In this document: piece by piece, positions 45,241 to 57,839 of the stretch | How positions within the stretch are numbered: the first letter of the stretch is position 1 | Layout of the letters: each line of letters opens with the position of its first letter | Origin: Klebsormidium nitens | Taxonomy: Eukaryota; Plantae; Klebsormidiophyceae | Assembly: GCA_000708835.1 (NCBI GenBank) | Contig: DF237102.1 | Coordinates: 62,001-126,000 of the forward strand | DNA length: 64,000 bases | Direction: 5' to 3' | Translations under genes and position numbers: made by a program | The notes under the pieces: generated by a model | What the model saw: the letters and a program-made list of their open reading frames with translations, nothing else | Database searches by the model: none | Told to the model about the DNA's origin: nothing

Positions 45241-48200
45241 ATGACAGGAGGCGCCCGGAAATCCTCTGGCGCTTCCGGTGGTGTATCTCAGCGAAGTATT
45301 AACTCCTTCTTCGCTCCTAAGAAGCCGAAGAAAGCACCGGAGAATCAACCAATTGCAAAAAATCCTGGCGCCGCAGAAGAAGAGGCCATAGCACGGGTTT
45401 CCACTGAGCTGCCTGTGCTCACTGCCACTGCTAAGCATAATGCTGGAAAGGAGCAAGGTGCTCCGAGTCTGGCCCGTGACAACCAGACCACCCCAAAAAA
45501 GCAGAACGGGCTGCTGCAGACGGCTCCTGCTGCTGTGCGGAATGGTGATTCACTCAGGAGCTCCCCAAGGAATGTCAAGACCAAGGAAGGTTCAAACACT
45601 GCGACACCTTTAGGTGCCCGTCTTCTCAGCAAGAGGCTCGAAATCTTCTGGCCTGCAGACCAAGCTTGGTACTGGGGCGTAGTAGAAAAGTATGACTCAG
45701 CAACGGGCAAGCACACCGTATTGTATGATGATGAAACAGTGGAGGAATTGGTTCTGGCAGATGAGAAGCTTAGGTGGTCAGATGGTGGAGAAGTGGTTGA
45801 CCACGTGAACAGCGCGCTGGCGAAGAGTCCCCCGGTTGTTGGTCGGGGGCTGAAGAGGGGACGTAGAAGGGTGACTTACTTAAGCGAAGATGATGAAGAC
45901 GATGGATCTGACATCAAAGAACAGGAGAAGGACGCAGACTTTGTGGTCGAGTTGAATGATGCGACAGCTCAGGTGAGATCTGCGTCTCGTCCTTAGAAGG
46001 ACACCAATTCCTGTTCACCCTTTCGCACTTTGATGAGATTCTTCTGCTGAAGCATGATGAGATGCACGAGCTGCCAGCCGGAGTTACCTTGCTGAGAAAA
46101 CGATGTCTGACAGCACTGTGCTTCCTGCAGGCTGATATAGAGGAAGAGATGATGGACATGGACAATGACGAGGTCAGCGATGATGAAGGTGGTGGCAAGA
46201 AGAAGCAAAAGAAACAAGCTCAGAAGAGGAGAAAGACTGCGAAGACTCTCACTCCCAAGAAGGGTGCAGAACAGAAAAATTCTACAGATGCGTCGCCTGG
46301 GGTCGAGAACTTGCCGAGTACGTTTTCAATCGAACGTACACCGACCTTTTTGGCACGAAATTCTTCAGAAACACAAGCAAAGGGCAGGCTAGGCAGTCAG
46401 CTTCAAACTTTTGACGTTTCCATTGAGTGCGGTGGATTAGGTTACTGCGTAAGGTCTAATGCATCATTCTGAAGTCGTTCAAAGCTCGAGCAGTTCCATA
46501 CTCAGCACAGACTTCGCCTGCGGTGCCTGCGGTACTGGCCTTCTGAAGCTCTTGGTTCTAACAGCTTACAATCCAAGGCGTTTGAGTGCAGCATCAGCTT
46601 CTGCTCTTGCTCCACTTGCAGTTGGCAAGTCTTTCCTGCTTGACCTTCCATGCAGGTGCTGTCCCTGTGATACAGCCATACACGGACGGTCTGAACGCAT
46701 TGCAGACCCGGCGATCACCTGACGGGAGTATGCTTCGGGCAGCAATTGAAGCAGAAAAGCAAGAGCAGAAAGCAGCGCCGCCCGCCGCCGGAGTTGGAGT
46801 TCCTGAGCTGTATGGAGAAGCGAGTGCAAGATTTGGGACCCGAGTTGCTGAGATCTTCGACTTCCTTCTGCCGTGAGCACACTCTTATCACTCATGCCTC
46901 CTTATCTGATTGATTGGCCTGCTTCACTGTGAAAGTGTGATGTAAATTCAAGTTCAATGCTGTTCAATCTGGCGCAGCTTTCTGGTTGGCTTGCTCTCAG
47001 GCTACATTCTCAGTCCAAGTCTGCTTTGATCAATTCCTCTGCAGGAAAAAGCGAAGAGATGCCGATGGGAGGCGTCCTGGGGATGAAGGATACAATCCTC
47101 ACACTGTATCTTTGACCAAAGACTTTTTGAAGAAGCTATCTCCTGGTCAGGTCAGTTACTACCTGCTTCTAGATACTACAGTTCGTAGGATGATGTTGCA
47201 GTGTGATGCAGATCCTTGGCAAATGCCTAAATGGTGTCAATTTCTTCATTCCTTGGGCAGTAATAGATAAAATGGTATTCCGCTACTGCTACTTTGTGGC
47301 AAACGTCGTTTTGGAGACGGCCATGCCTGTCCATCCCTTACCGAAGTCGACCCAAAGACGAGAGTCTGATGCTTTCCATCATGTCGTGGTTGCAGCGGCA
47401 GTGGTGGGAGTTTAAGGCTCAACATCTGGACAAGGTCCTTCTTTTCAAAGTAAGCCAGTCAACCTGATGCTTTCTTATGATGCTTAGTACAGATTGAAGT
47501 ACTCACCACATCTTTCGAGGCAGAACATCTTTTGAAAACATGGTAGGAACGTGCACTTTGCTTCATTCAACAACAGAGTCAGCGGAGAGTCAAACAAAGC
47601 GGTTTGAAAGATTGTCCGCACTTTAGGTCTGCTTAGCTCTCCTTGGAAGGATGTTGCGTCATTTGATGCACGCTCCGTCTTTTGCAGATGGGAAAGTTTT
47701 ACGAAATGTTTGAAATGGATGCACATGTTGGCGTACAAGAGCTCAACTTGATTTACATGAAGGTAAGGTGATCTGCCAGGGCTTACTTTAAGGTTAGATT
47801 AGATGAAGTTCATCTGACTAGATTTCAGCCATTCCTGCTGCATGGAAAGGCCCACGATTTGCACTATCTGCGCTCCATTTGGACGACGTTCTATACGAAG
47901 TGACTGTCCACGTAAAATTTAGTTCGCAATCGTTGCCTGCCCTGAGGTCTTAGGTTGGGTATGCTGTCACCTAATGAAACCCTCGTTTTCGCTGGTTCTT
48001 TGGCGTAGCTTTTGCTTGGAGCATCACGTTGGTGTGCTTGTCAGCCTCACAACCCGGCATGCTCTGCTTTGCAGGGAGACCAGCCTCATTGCGGATTCCC
48101 AGAGAAGGGTTTCTCGCCCAACGCAGAGGCCCTGGCAAGGAAGGTAATTCACGAAGGTCTATGCTCTCATATGCATGATGGACAAAGCACAGATTCCTCT

Positions 48201-51200
48201 GTTAAGCTAGTTACAGAGCAAGGTGTCAAGCTTTGCGCCCTGTGCCCTGCAAGTCAGCAACGCAAGGAAAAGGTTCCGTGTTTCTCGAAGCTCCTGATAG
48301 AAGCGAAGACAACCATGCCTTCATTTAATTTTGTCCCTGAGTGGTTGCGTGGTCAAGATGCTCGAAAACCTCAAGGAGCTCGCTAATTGGTGATACAGGG
48401 ATACCGTGTCCTTGTGATCGAGCAAGTCGAGACGCCAGCTCAGATGGCGCAGCGCAACAAGGAGAAAGGCACTAGGGACTCGGTATGGCTCCTTCTTTCT
48501 CAAGTGTTCCTCCACTTCAGAGCGTAGTGGGTGACTGCAAAGGGCTGTGATAATATGGTGGCCGCCTGGCTGTCCCTTTCTCGAGACGGCTTTGATGTGG
48601 GGTTTGCCGCTTAAGCGCCCTGCCCTGCAACACACATTGTCGAGATGTCGGCCCAACGTTTCCCCTGCTTTGCACTTACTTTGGTGGCGGCTTGCCTGGA
48701 TGCGTGAAAAGTGGTTCTTCGTCAACCAGCTTTCCTTTGCATACCACGAATTGTTGCAAGATAGAGCCACCCACTGTCCCCTGCTCATACGTACCCTCTG
48801 CTGTTTGCAGGTTGTCAGGAGAGAAGTTGTGTCTGTCCTGACCAAGGGCACGCTTGTGGAGGCCGACATGCTGGCGTCACATCCTGAGGCGTCCTACATC
48901 CTGTCAGTGACGGAGCTTGCGCCGACGAGCGAGCGAGCATCGGACCTGGAGAACGGGTCGGCAGTGGTTGGAGTGTGTGCCGTTGACACTGCGACCAGTA
49001 CGTTCTTGGTTGGACAGGTACGTGAAATTGGTGTCATGATTCCTGACCGTACCACGACAGAGGTTTCTTTCTCCGATTACAGGTAAATGTCGTCTTTCGC
49101 AAAAATAGTGCTCCCTCTTTTGCTCAGCAACGTACTCGCCCTTTTGCGCTATAGAGGCATTGATTGCTCAACTGCCCGTCGAGGGTAGAACGGCTCAAGC
49201 TAAGTTTCCGTTCTCCTGAAAAGGATTGTCAACCCAACGCGGAAGGTGGCTACTAACGTCATACTGACGTCAACTGCAGTTTGTGGACGACGCTCACCGG
49301 GGGCGGCTGCGTTCGATCCTGGCCGAGCTGCGGCCCGTCGAACTGATCAAACCGCGGGGCGCCCTCGACCCGGCCACCGAGCGGGCGCTCAAGGACCACA
49401 CCCGCCAGCCACTCGTCAACGATCTTGCTCCCGAGGACGAGGTAGGACCCGCCAACTTTGCCAAGGCAGCGGCAGCTCTATTCTTCGTCTCCCAAACGAC
49501 TCACTGGAAGCCGGCAGAATGGCTTAGCCAATACCCGACGGCAAACGACGCTTTTCTGGAGCGGGTCGGTTTCAACAGAAAAGTCTCCTAAACAAACGTC
49601 ACGAAGGTGCTCACGAGATTGCTTTTCCTTTGTGGGAAGCATGGTCGTCTTCCAACTTGCGAGCTGTGCGACAGCCTGTCATTTGAGTGCTTTTTCCTGC
49701 CTGAAGGACGCATCATTTTTGATCTGCTACGTCTTTGGCAAAGTTCTGCCGAAGCCACATTTACTAGAACGTCCGAACGGCAGCGACGATGCGCACAAAG
49801 GCCAGACAATGGTCGTCTGCAGATATCCAAGCACGTAGGCCCTGACGGTTAAGGGATGCCATCTGGCACGTTTGAACGGTCTGGTAGAAGCAAAGCACGT
49901 GGCTTTGGCTTACAGCTGACGTAACTCGTTCTCCAACGTGTGTCTGTAATCTGCAAGTTGTGAACTTTGACCTTACGAGCATGGTCTGAAGCTGCTAGTT
50001 TGTTCTCGCGGTCCTCTGACAGCCCTCCGTGGGCTTTTGCCCCTGCAGTTTTGGACGGCCGACCGCACCAAGTCCGAGCTGACCACCTTCTTTGGCTCGC
50101 TCGAGTTGAGCACCGGCGAGTCCTCGTGGCCGCCCTACCTCCGTCGCCTCGCGCAGTCCGACGCCGACGGCGCGGCCGCCATCTCCGCGCTCGGGGGCGC
50201 CGTCTTCTACCTCCGGCAGGTAGATAAATCTCGACACCAGGAAGGACCTAATACCGTCAGTTCACATCGGGGGACGGGTGAGGTTGATATCGGGTTACGA
50301 GTTGTTCGGGTGCGGAGCGCGTCACCTTTTTCGGTTAGCCTTTTCGACTGAGCCATTGCATCCCTTACTATACTGGTGATTCTAGGTTGCTTTTATCAGG
50401 AAATTGTTTTACGTACATAAACCCAAACTTTCACGCGTTCCGCACCCCACCCACCCTAATCCCCAAAGTGACCCCACCCGTCCCCCGGGTGCTTATAGCT
50501 CAAAATCGGCCCTTAAACGATCGAAAGTTCCCGGAGTCTCGGTATTTGCGTATACTTTTATTGGATCTGTTCGAAACACTAACCGGGTATTCCGGCAGGC
50601 CCTGCTCGAGTCGGACGTCCTGGCGCTCGGGAGGATTGAGCCGCTGCCGGGCAGCGCGGACGCGTGCCTGGAGGCGCAGGCGCAGAAGGACGACGGGCGG
50701 GACGTGTACATGGTGCTGGACAGCGCTGCGCTGGAGAACCTGGAGGTGAGCTTCGTCTTGTTTTCAGTGATCCGGAAAAGAAATGGGGTGACAGGGGGAG
50801 GTCGGGAAACTTACTAGCGCTGGAGGATCCGGAGCTGAGCTTTATCGCTAGTATGGCCAAAAAACCACTAAGAAGAAAGAGAGGAAGAAGAAAGCCGGCT
50901 AGCGCCGCTCTGGGGAACCTAGAGGCCAGCAGGTGGATCCCGTGAATTGGCATCGCCAATGTACCACTGCGCGCCCCACGCTCCTGATAGGCATGGGCCT
51001 TGAGAGAAGTGTTATTTCTGCTGTGTTCGTGCACATTATAGCAGAGTAGCTGAGCATCTCGATCGGTGTGCTGCTGATGCAGAAGTGGCTTGCTCGCATG
51101 ATTCGAAAGGTCTTGTCACGTTCGCATGAGCATCGAGAGTCGAGGACGATTTGAGGGTCAGCCGCGAAATGTGTTACTGGACACTAAGTGAATGAAAGCT

Positions 51201-54200
51201 TCTGGGGTTTGCAGGCCTTCTAAAAGCTGCTGAAAAGTCACGGTACTTGTCCGCTGGCTTGCGCGCATAACTCTTGTGGCTCGTGCATTATAAGTTCTGG
51301 TCGCCTTGTACAAGTATCTTCGAACCGCCTGACTGGGAAAAGGCCGCTCAATACGGGCAGGTTTATAGACGTTGTTTACGGGCTTTTTCATGCAGATCCT
51401 CGAGAACAACAAGGATGGCGGCACCTCTGGTACGCTACTGGCAACTTTGGACCACTGCACGACAGCAATCGGGCGACGGATGCTCCGCGCCTGGCTCTGC
51501 CGGCCCCTCCAGAGCGTGAAGGCCATCACAGCCCGACAGGTAACCTCGCACGCAGTCTGCTCCTGAGAAACCCTGTCACAGCGGGATTGTACAAAGGAAG
51601 TATCAATGCAGCCAGATGCGGCGTTCCCTGATTTCCAACCCCTTCAAAGTCATCTGATGGTTCGCATTGGCCGTACCTTGGAATCGAGTCTGGTAGAAAT
51701 ATGACAACACCAAGAGGCGGGGTGCGCTGTTGTGCAGTCGTCGACCTCTGCACCGGTTGTTCATACAGCGCCAGATAGTGCATAGCTCTGCAATATGCCA
51801 CGGCTACGACAAAATCTCGATCAAAATACTGATATGGTACCAACCCCAAGCTCTGGTAACAAGCGGTTGTATATCCTCCTCTTTATTATAGGTTCAGTAA
51901 GCTTTGAACATTGTAAGCTTCTACCCTAACACTAAAAACCTAACCCTTAAAATCACCCTTATCCGCACCCGTACCCACCCTAAACCCCCAACCTAACCCC
52001 ACCCGTCCCAGGCTAGCTTACTATACCCGAAGCTAATTATATCTAAACAGAAGCTGTATGTTTAACTGTGCAGGAAGCGATTCTTGATCTCAAGCAGGGC
52101 CCCGGGGCCGATGCCATGGGCCGGGCGAAGAGGCTGCTCGCCGGGCTGCCGGACCTGGAGAGGCTCCTCGCGAGGTTGCACGCAGTCAGCAGCGGCAGCG
52201 GCCGTCATGCCGACAAGGTGGTCCTGTACGAGGTGAGCCGCGTGAAGCACGCACTCTTCTCACTGTTAGGGTTCAGGATCACCCTTAAAAAAGCCTCTCG
52301 TTGTTCCGACGTCAGCCCGGCTCTCAAAAGTGGGCTGTTGACAAGCCAGCCGACCTTCCACGTCTTTTCTACAAGAAAGACGAGAAATGGGATCTATTTT
52401 CACCATCAACATGCTTGCTGTCAGGGCGCAGACTTGACCCAGGGATGGAAATGACATTGCCAATCCCTTAGATCCCTCCCCCCGTGTGTGATGGCCTTCA
52501 AAACGCAACCCCTTCACGTCAATACTTGAGAATCTGCCCTTGAACACCCCGACTTTCTGACCCCAATACCGCCAGGAATGGAAGTACTTGGAACCTGAAG
52601 CCCTGAGTCTTCCCCCAGGACGAGGCCAAGAAGAAGTTGGGCGAGTTCATTTCCATCCTGCGCGGCTGCAAGGCGGTCGTCGACGCCGTCGAGGGCTTCC
52701 AGGCCTGCAAGGACAAGCTGACGTCACCCCTGCTGAGGCGCTTGGTGACGATTGGGGAGCTGTTCCCGCGGGAGGTGGTCCCCGCGCTCGAGCACTTCGA
52801 AGAGGCGTTTGACTGGGCTCAGGCCGAGAAGGAAGGCCGCATTGTGCCGACCGGCGCGGTGGACGACAAGCTGGACGCTGCGGCAGAGGTATGGCTCTGG
52901 AAGCTGCTGTTTAGGTGCTGATTAAGTGCTGGTTACGTGCTGGTTAAGTGGCGGTTAAGGTCCTGTCTACCAGAGGCAGTGAGACAATTCAGTGGAAGGT
53001 TTCGGTGGAAGAGTGCATTGAATCACATTGTGCCCATAGGGGCGTTCGACAACAAAATTGATGCCGCAGCGCAGATATTGCACTGGATTTCGGCAAGTAA
53101 GTGCCGGTCAGATGCCGCTCAACCGCAAATCAACGCGTTCCCTCCGAGACGCAGTGAAAGAGTTCAATGGAAGGTCTTAAGGAAGGAGCTGATTAGAAAG
53201 TCGTGTGCAGATTGTGATGGCCCAAGATCTGCCCTTAACTCCCACCGGTGGCATGGGCTCTTCTCAGCAAGCTTGACGTGGTCTCCTGCTTGCAGCGAAT
53301 CGCCGCGGTCGAGGGCCAGCTGGAGGAGTATCTCGAGGAGCAGAAGAAGAAGCTCAAGTGCCGGTCAATCACCTATGTCAACGTCAACAAGGACCGCTAC
53401 CTCCTCGAGATGCCCGAGACAACCAAGGTAATACCGCGATTTGTTTCTATTAGAGCTTTAGGGTTTAGGATAGAGGGTTTTCTTTTTTGTGGGTTATAAG
53501 TCCCTTGAGTTAGGGTTCAGTTCAAATGTCTTTATTGGCAGCTGTAATGTTCTTCGGCCGTGGAGTAGCTCTGGCAAATGCTTTCAACATCTTAAGCAAA
53601 GCTCTGGGCATTGTTGGGTCGAAGGCAGGCGTCCCAATGCTCGATGGGATTGTCAACACCTCTTTGCGGTTGGACGGGTGATGCCCGCAGCGAAAGCGAA
53701 ACGGAGCGGTTGAGAAACACGCGGGCGCCGGTGATTGTACAATAACCCGAAAGCGGCATGCTTTCTAAAAATGCCACGGGCCTTTGTCCGGGACAGTGGA
53801 CCTTCTGGCAGTGAATGTCTCTGCGCAGATTGTATTACATTGTTGACGTGTTGTCGTTACTTCCTTCCTTTTCTTCGTGTCCCCAAAGTGGCAAAGACCC
53901 ATCCTCCGCCCACCGCAATCTTGCTTGAGCTTTAGCCCGATTCGGCCTGGGCACGAACTAATCCGGCTCCCTTCGCGCAATTTCTGCTGGATTTTGAGCG
54001 CGAATTCAGAGAAGGGCGTGCTACGCTAGATTATGGCTTGGTCCACGCAGGTTGCCGCGAAAGTTCGAGGGCGGCACTAGAGTAAAGAGCGACCTCCCGC
54101 TCAAACCCGGTTCTGGAAACACAGAGTCCTCAAGTCCGGCTCCGTCCGCCTAGGTTCCGCTGGATTCAAGCTTGGTTTTGGAACATGGGGTCTGCACTTT

Positions 54201-57200
54201 TACGTCGCAGGTTCCGCTGAACTTTGAGCGCGGCTCCGGAAAGAAGGGCGTGCAACGGTACCGCCACCCAATCATCGAGGACCTGCTGGCTGAGCTGGCC
54301 GGTTTTGGAAACATGAAATACTTACTTTTCCCGCTTCTCCCACGCAGGTTCCACTGGACTTTGAGCGCGGCTCCGGGAAGAAGGGCGTGCTGCGTTACCA
54401 CACCCCAATCGTCAAGGACCTCTCGCGAAGCTGGTCGATTCTCGGAACACGAGGTATCCACTTTTTCGGTTCCGTCCCGGCAGGTTCCGCTGGAATCTGA
54501 GCGCGGCTCCGGAAAGAAGGGCGTGCTCGCGGTACAACACCCAAAACATCATGGCGGAGCTGGTCGATTCTGGGAACACGACGAATCCACTTTTCCGGTT
54601 CCGTCCCCGCAGGTTCCGCTGGACTTCGAGCGCGGCTCCGGGAAGAAGGGCGTGCTGCGCTACCACACCCCGGTCGTGAAGGACTTGCTGGCGGAGCTAG
54701 CGGAGGCGGAGGTGGAGAAGGAGGACGCGCTCAAGGGCATCTTTCGCAAGCTGCTGCAGCACTTTTGCAGGTGCGATCGCGCACTCTCATACGCTATGCC
54801 GAATAGGCGGGCTGCATAAGGGTCTGATTGACAGCGCCGCCCACTTTTCTGTGATTGGACAAACAGACAAGCTGCACATTGGGCTGACTGCAGGGTAGAG
54901 TCGAGGAGACTAGTCAATCTGGGTCTGATGCCGGGGACGATGTTGGAAGTGTTGACTTGGCGCGGTGTGGATTTGGAAGGGCTTTATCTATCAATGATTG
55001 GTAGAATGGACGTGAAATTGGCACTAAAAGTCGCCAAGTCATCACTGTCAGCAGCATCTCCGGTCTTGCTTACACAGACTGATTCCTTCTTGACGTCGCT
55101 GTGACACTTCAACGTCCAGATGCCTTCTAATGGTGCAATGTCGCCTCTCCGGGACAGAACTTGTTTGGGTCCTCGTGCGAAAAAAGATGTACTGACTGAC
55201 ATTTGAGAATACCAGGTGAAACGGGATAGGTTGAGGACCCTTAGTTATCCATCGGAAAGCTGGGCTCGGCTCGTTTTTAGATTAATGCGAGATGCGGTTT
55301 CCATCTGAGTTTTTGAGTTGAGCAAAATCCATTTGATCATTATGTTCCGTTAGGTTAGGAGAGCCCCTCTCATGCTGTTCTCAGCATTGAAGGTGCCGGT
55401 AAAACATGTCTTCTGAAGTCACCCCCCCTCTCCACACATCAACAGCGTGAATGTCCGGAATGGTCGTTTTGCTCATTTACACTCCCCTTATAACCTGCAG
55501 GGACCACTCCGCCTGGACCGCCGCCATCAAGGCCATCGCCCAGCTGGACGCTCTCAGCAGCCTGGCTGGGGCAAGCCTCTGCTCCGACACCCCCATGTGC
55601 CGCCCCACGTTCACACCCCCCTCCGAAGAATCTCTAGGCGTCCCGGCCAGCTTCGAAACCCCTAAAGCTTCCGAAGCCCCCCAGTGGCTGTACGCCAAGG
55701 GCCTGCGCCACCCGTGCCTCCACTCTGGGGCCACCATCGCTTCGGGGGGGTCGTTTGTGCCCAACGACACGTGTCTCGGGGAGCCTGCGGGAGCCCCCCC
55801 GTTCATGCTCCTGACGGGGCCCAACATGGGCGGGAAGTCAACCCTCCTGCGGCAGGTGGGCGCGAGTCCTTGCCATTTTGTGCTCTGCTTTTACGCTTGT
55901 TTTTTCAAGAGGCGTCTGCCACACGTCCCCCCTCGTCAGAGCCCGTCAGGCCCACGATGCCGACGGCTTCGTTTTGCCCAGTTCGACGCCTGCGGGAATT
56001 GCAATCAGAATTCTCTCACAAGTCTCGTGGCGACGAAGATACGCAGAATGCAGCAAAAGTGTCGTTGCGAAGTCGGGGCTCCGCAGACCCCTTCCAAGTC
56101 AAAGATCGCAAGGTAATCAGATCCGGCTGCACAGCGCTGCACTTGCATGAAAGCGGGGTTTGGTTTGTTTGAGTTAGGGACATCCATGCAACTCAACATG
56201 TAAGTATAACCAAGCCCAAATCCAGAAGGCTTTTCTGTGCAGGTCTGCCTGGCCGTCGTGCTAGCGCAAGTGGGCGCCGACGTTCCTGCGGAGGCCTTCA
56301 GCCTCTCCCCCGTCGACCGCATCTTTGTGCGCATGGGGGCGCGCGACCACATCATGTCCGGCCAGAGCACCTTCTTCGTGGAGCTGTCCGAGACGGCCGC
56401 AATGCTGAGGAGCGCCACCAGGTGAGGCGCCAGCGTGACGTCAGCGCATGAAACAAAACGCCACGGGCTGTCAGGGACGTTTAGTTTCCTTTGTAAATTC
56501 CAGGAATGGCGTCTGGGTTCACCTCAGGCAGGGCTTGGGAGTTTTCTTTCTGCCTAGGTTTTGTAAATCATCCGTAATGGAAAGAATAGGTGATCAAGTG
56601 TGAGCAAAAGCTTTTGGCTCCCCGAAGGACGTCCTCGTCTGACCACCCTCATCTGACATCGTCGTTCAAAACCCCTCGTTTCCTTAACCCCAACTCTTGA
56701 AGCCCTAACCTTCAGGCTCTCCATCTTTCAATGCCTCACCTCGTGAACGCCTTCATTTCCGAAGACCCAGGGTTCCTGACGAGGATGATGAAACCGTGAC
56801 TCCGCCTTTAGACCCCTGACAATGTTGACACCCTGACGCCGTCTCTAAAATCCTGACAATAAAATCGCCTCTCGGTCTCTAGAATCCTGACAATGGAATT
56901 GCCTCTAGATTCTGACAGTACTGACGTTACCCTTGCTGACGTCAGGAGCTCCCTGGTGACGCTGGACGAGTTGGGCCGCGGTACCGCCACCACCGACGGG
57001 GCCGCGATCGCGTATGCGGTTTTGGACCACCTGGCGCACTCGGTGGGCTGCCGGGGCATGTTCAGTACGCACTATCACCGCCTCGCGGACGAGCACGCGG
57101 ACAACCCGGCGATCCAGCTCCGCCACATGGCGTGCAAGGTGCGGATCAGCGATACGGCTCTTTTTCTCAAAGCGGTCTTCTGAAGAAGGCCTCTTTATCC

Positions 57201-57839
57201 TTCCTTCCAATCTTTCAAAGGCAGACTCAACAAGCACTGCCACCGCTTCGCAGACGAGCGCGCGGCCGACCCGGCGATTCAGCTGCGACACATTGCTTGC
57301 AAGGTGCGAAAAGGTTAAACTCCTGATTAAGCCAATTCGTTCCAGCAAGAACTTCATCCGGGTTATTTAGTCACAGCCTTAGTCGGTTTCCCGAAAAGGG
57401 TTCTCGTTTCGTCCAGGTCGGGGAGTCGCCGACCGCGGGCATCGAGGAAGTGACGTTCTTGTACCAGCTGGCGGCGGGCGCTTGCCCCAAGAGCTACGGC
57501 ACCAACGTCGCGAAACTCGCGGGAATGCCAGATGCCGTGCTCGCGCGCGCCGCGGTCAAGTCGGCCGAAGTCGAGAGCACGTCCGACGATCTGACGGCCG
57601 GCTCGGCAAAGAGGAAGGTGGGCGATGGAGATGAGCGGGAACCGCCGCTGGACCAACTAGAGCGAGAGCTGCTTGACAGAGTGACGGTGGCGTTGAAGGG
57701 CACTGGGCGGCCCGCTGCGAGTCGGGAGCTTGTTGAGGTTTGGCAAGAGGCGAAGAGAGCAAGCGTGGAGAGCCCGCAACTACTGAAGCGGCGGAGACTG
57801 GAAGAGGATGCGTTTGTTAGACCTGAGGGCGTAGTTTGA
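45241..57839 (+). CDS. MSH6: DNA mismatch repair protein MSH6 (MutS-alpha subunit) with an N-terminal Tudor domain, many exons
   Basis: PIP-like QRSINSFF and a Tudor domain ([20 protein letters not shown]...HTVLYDD). Mismatch-binding block: [30 protein letters not shown]. Further MutS blocks: [12 protein letters not shown], Walker [41 protein letters not shown], Walker [19 protein letters not shown], and [15 protein letters not shown]. Stop at 57839. Confidence 0.95.
50418..50495 (+). repeat. C-rich dispersed repeat copy in an MSH6 intron
   Basis: ttccgcaccccacccaccctaatccccaaagtgaccccacccgtcccccgggtgc. Confidence 0.75.
51922..52015 (+). repeat. C-rich dispersed repeat copy in an MSH6 intron
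   Basis: ctaacactaaaaacctaacccttaaaatcacccttatccgcacccgtacccaccctaaacccccaacctaaccccacccgtcccagg. Confidence 0.85.
52906..52962 (+). repeat. Short ~11-bp minisatellite after an MSH6 donor
   Basis: gtgctgattaa gtgctggttac gtgctggttaa gtggcggttaa. Confidence 0.7.
54040..54700 (+). repeat. Tandem ~130-137-bp array spanning an MSH6 intron-exon junction
   Basis: cag|gttcc(g/a)ctg(g/a)a..tgagcgcggctccgg(a/g)aagaagggcgtg starts at 54211, 54348, 54484 and 54613 (the true exon). More decayed copies lie near 54045 and 54150. Confidence 0.9.
56790..56935 (+). repeat. Degenerate short tandem repeat in an MSH6 intron
   Basis: Recurring (cct)ctagaatcctgacaat-like units: ctaaaatcctgacaat, ctagaatcctgacaat, ctagattctgacagt. 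Confidence 0.55.

Noticed and set aside
53455-53520. tttagggtttagg / ttagggtt telomere-like hexamers and heptamers
   Set aside because: Fewer than three consecutive units, and intronic. Too short to call an interstitial telomere.
54984-55202. Antisense 72-aa ORF nested in an MSH6 intron (similarly 42417-42605)
   Set aside because: Short, with no motif and no coding-like bias. Within the range expected by chance.
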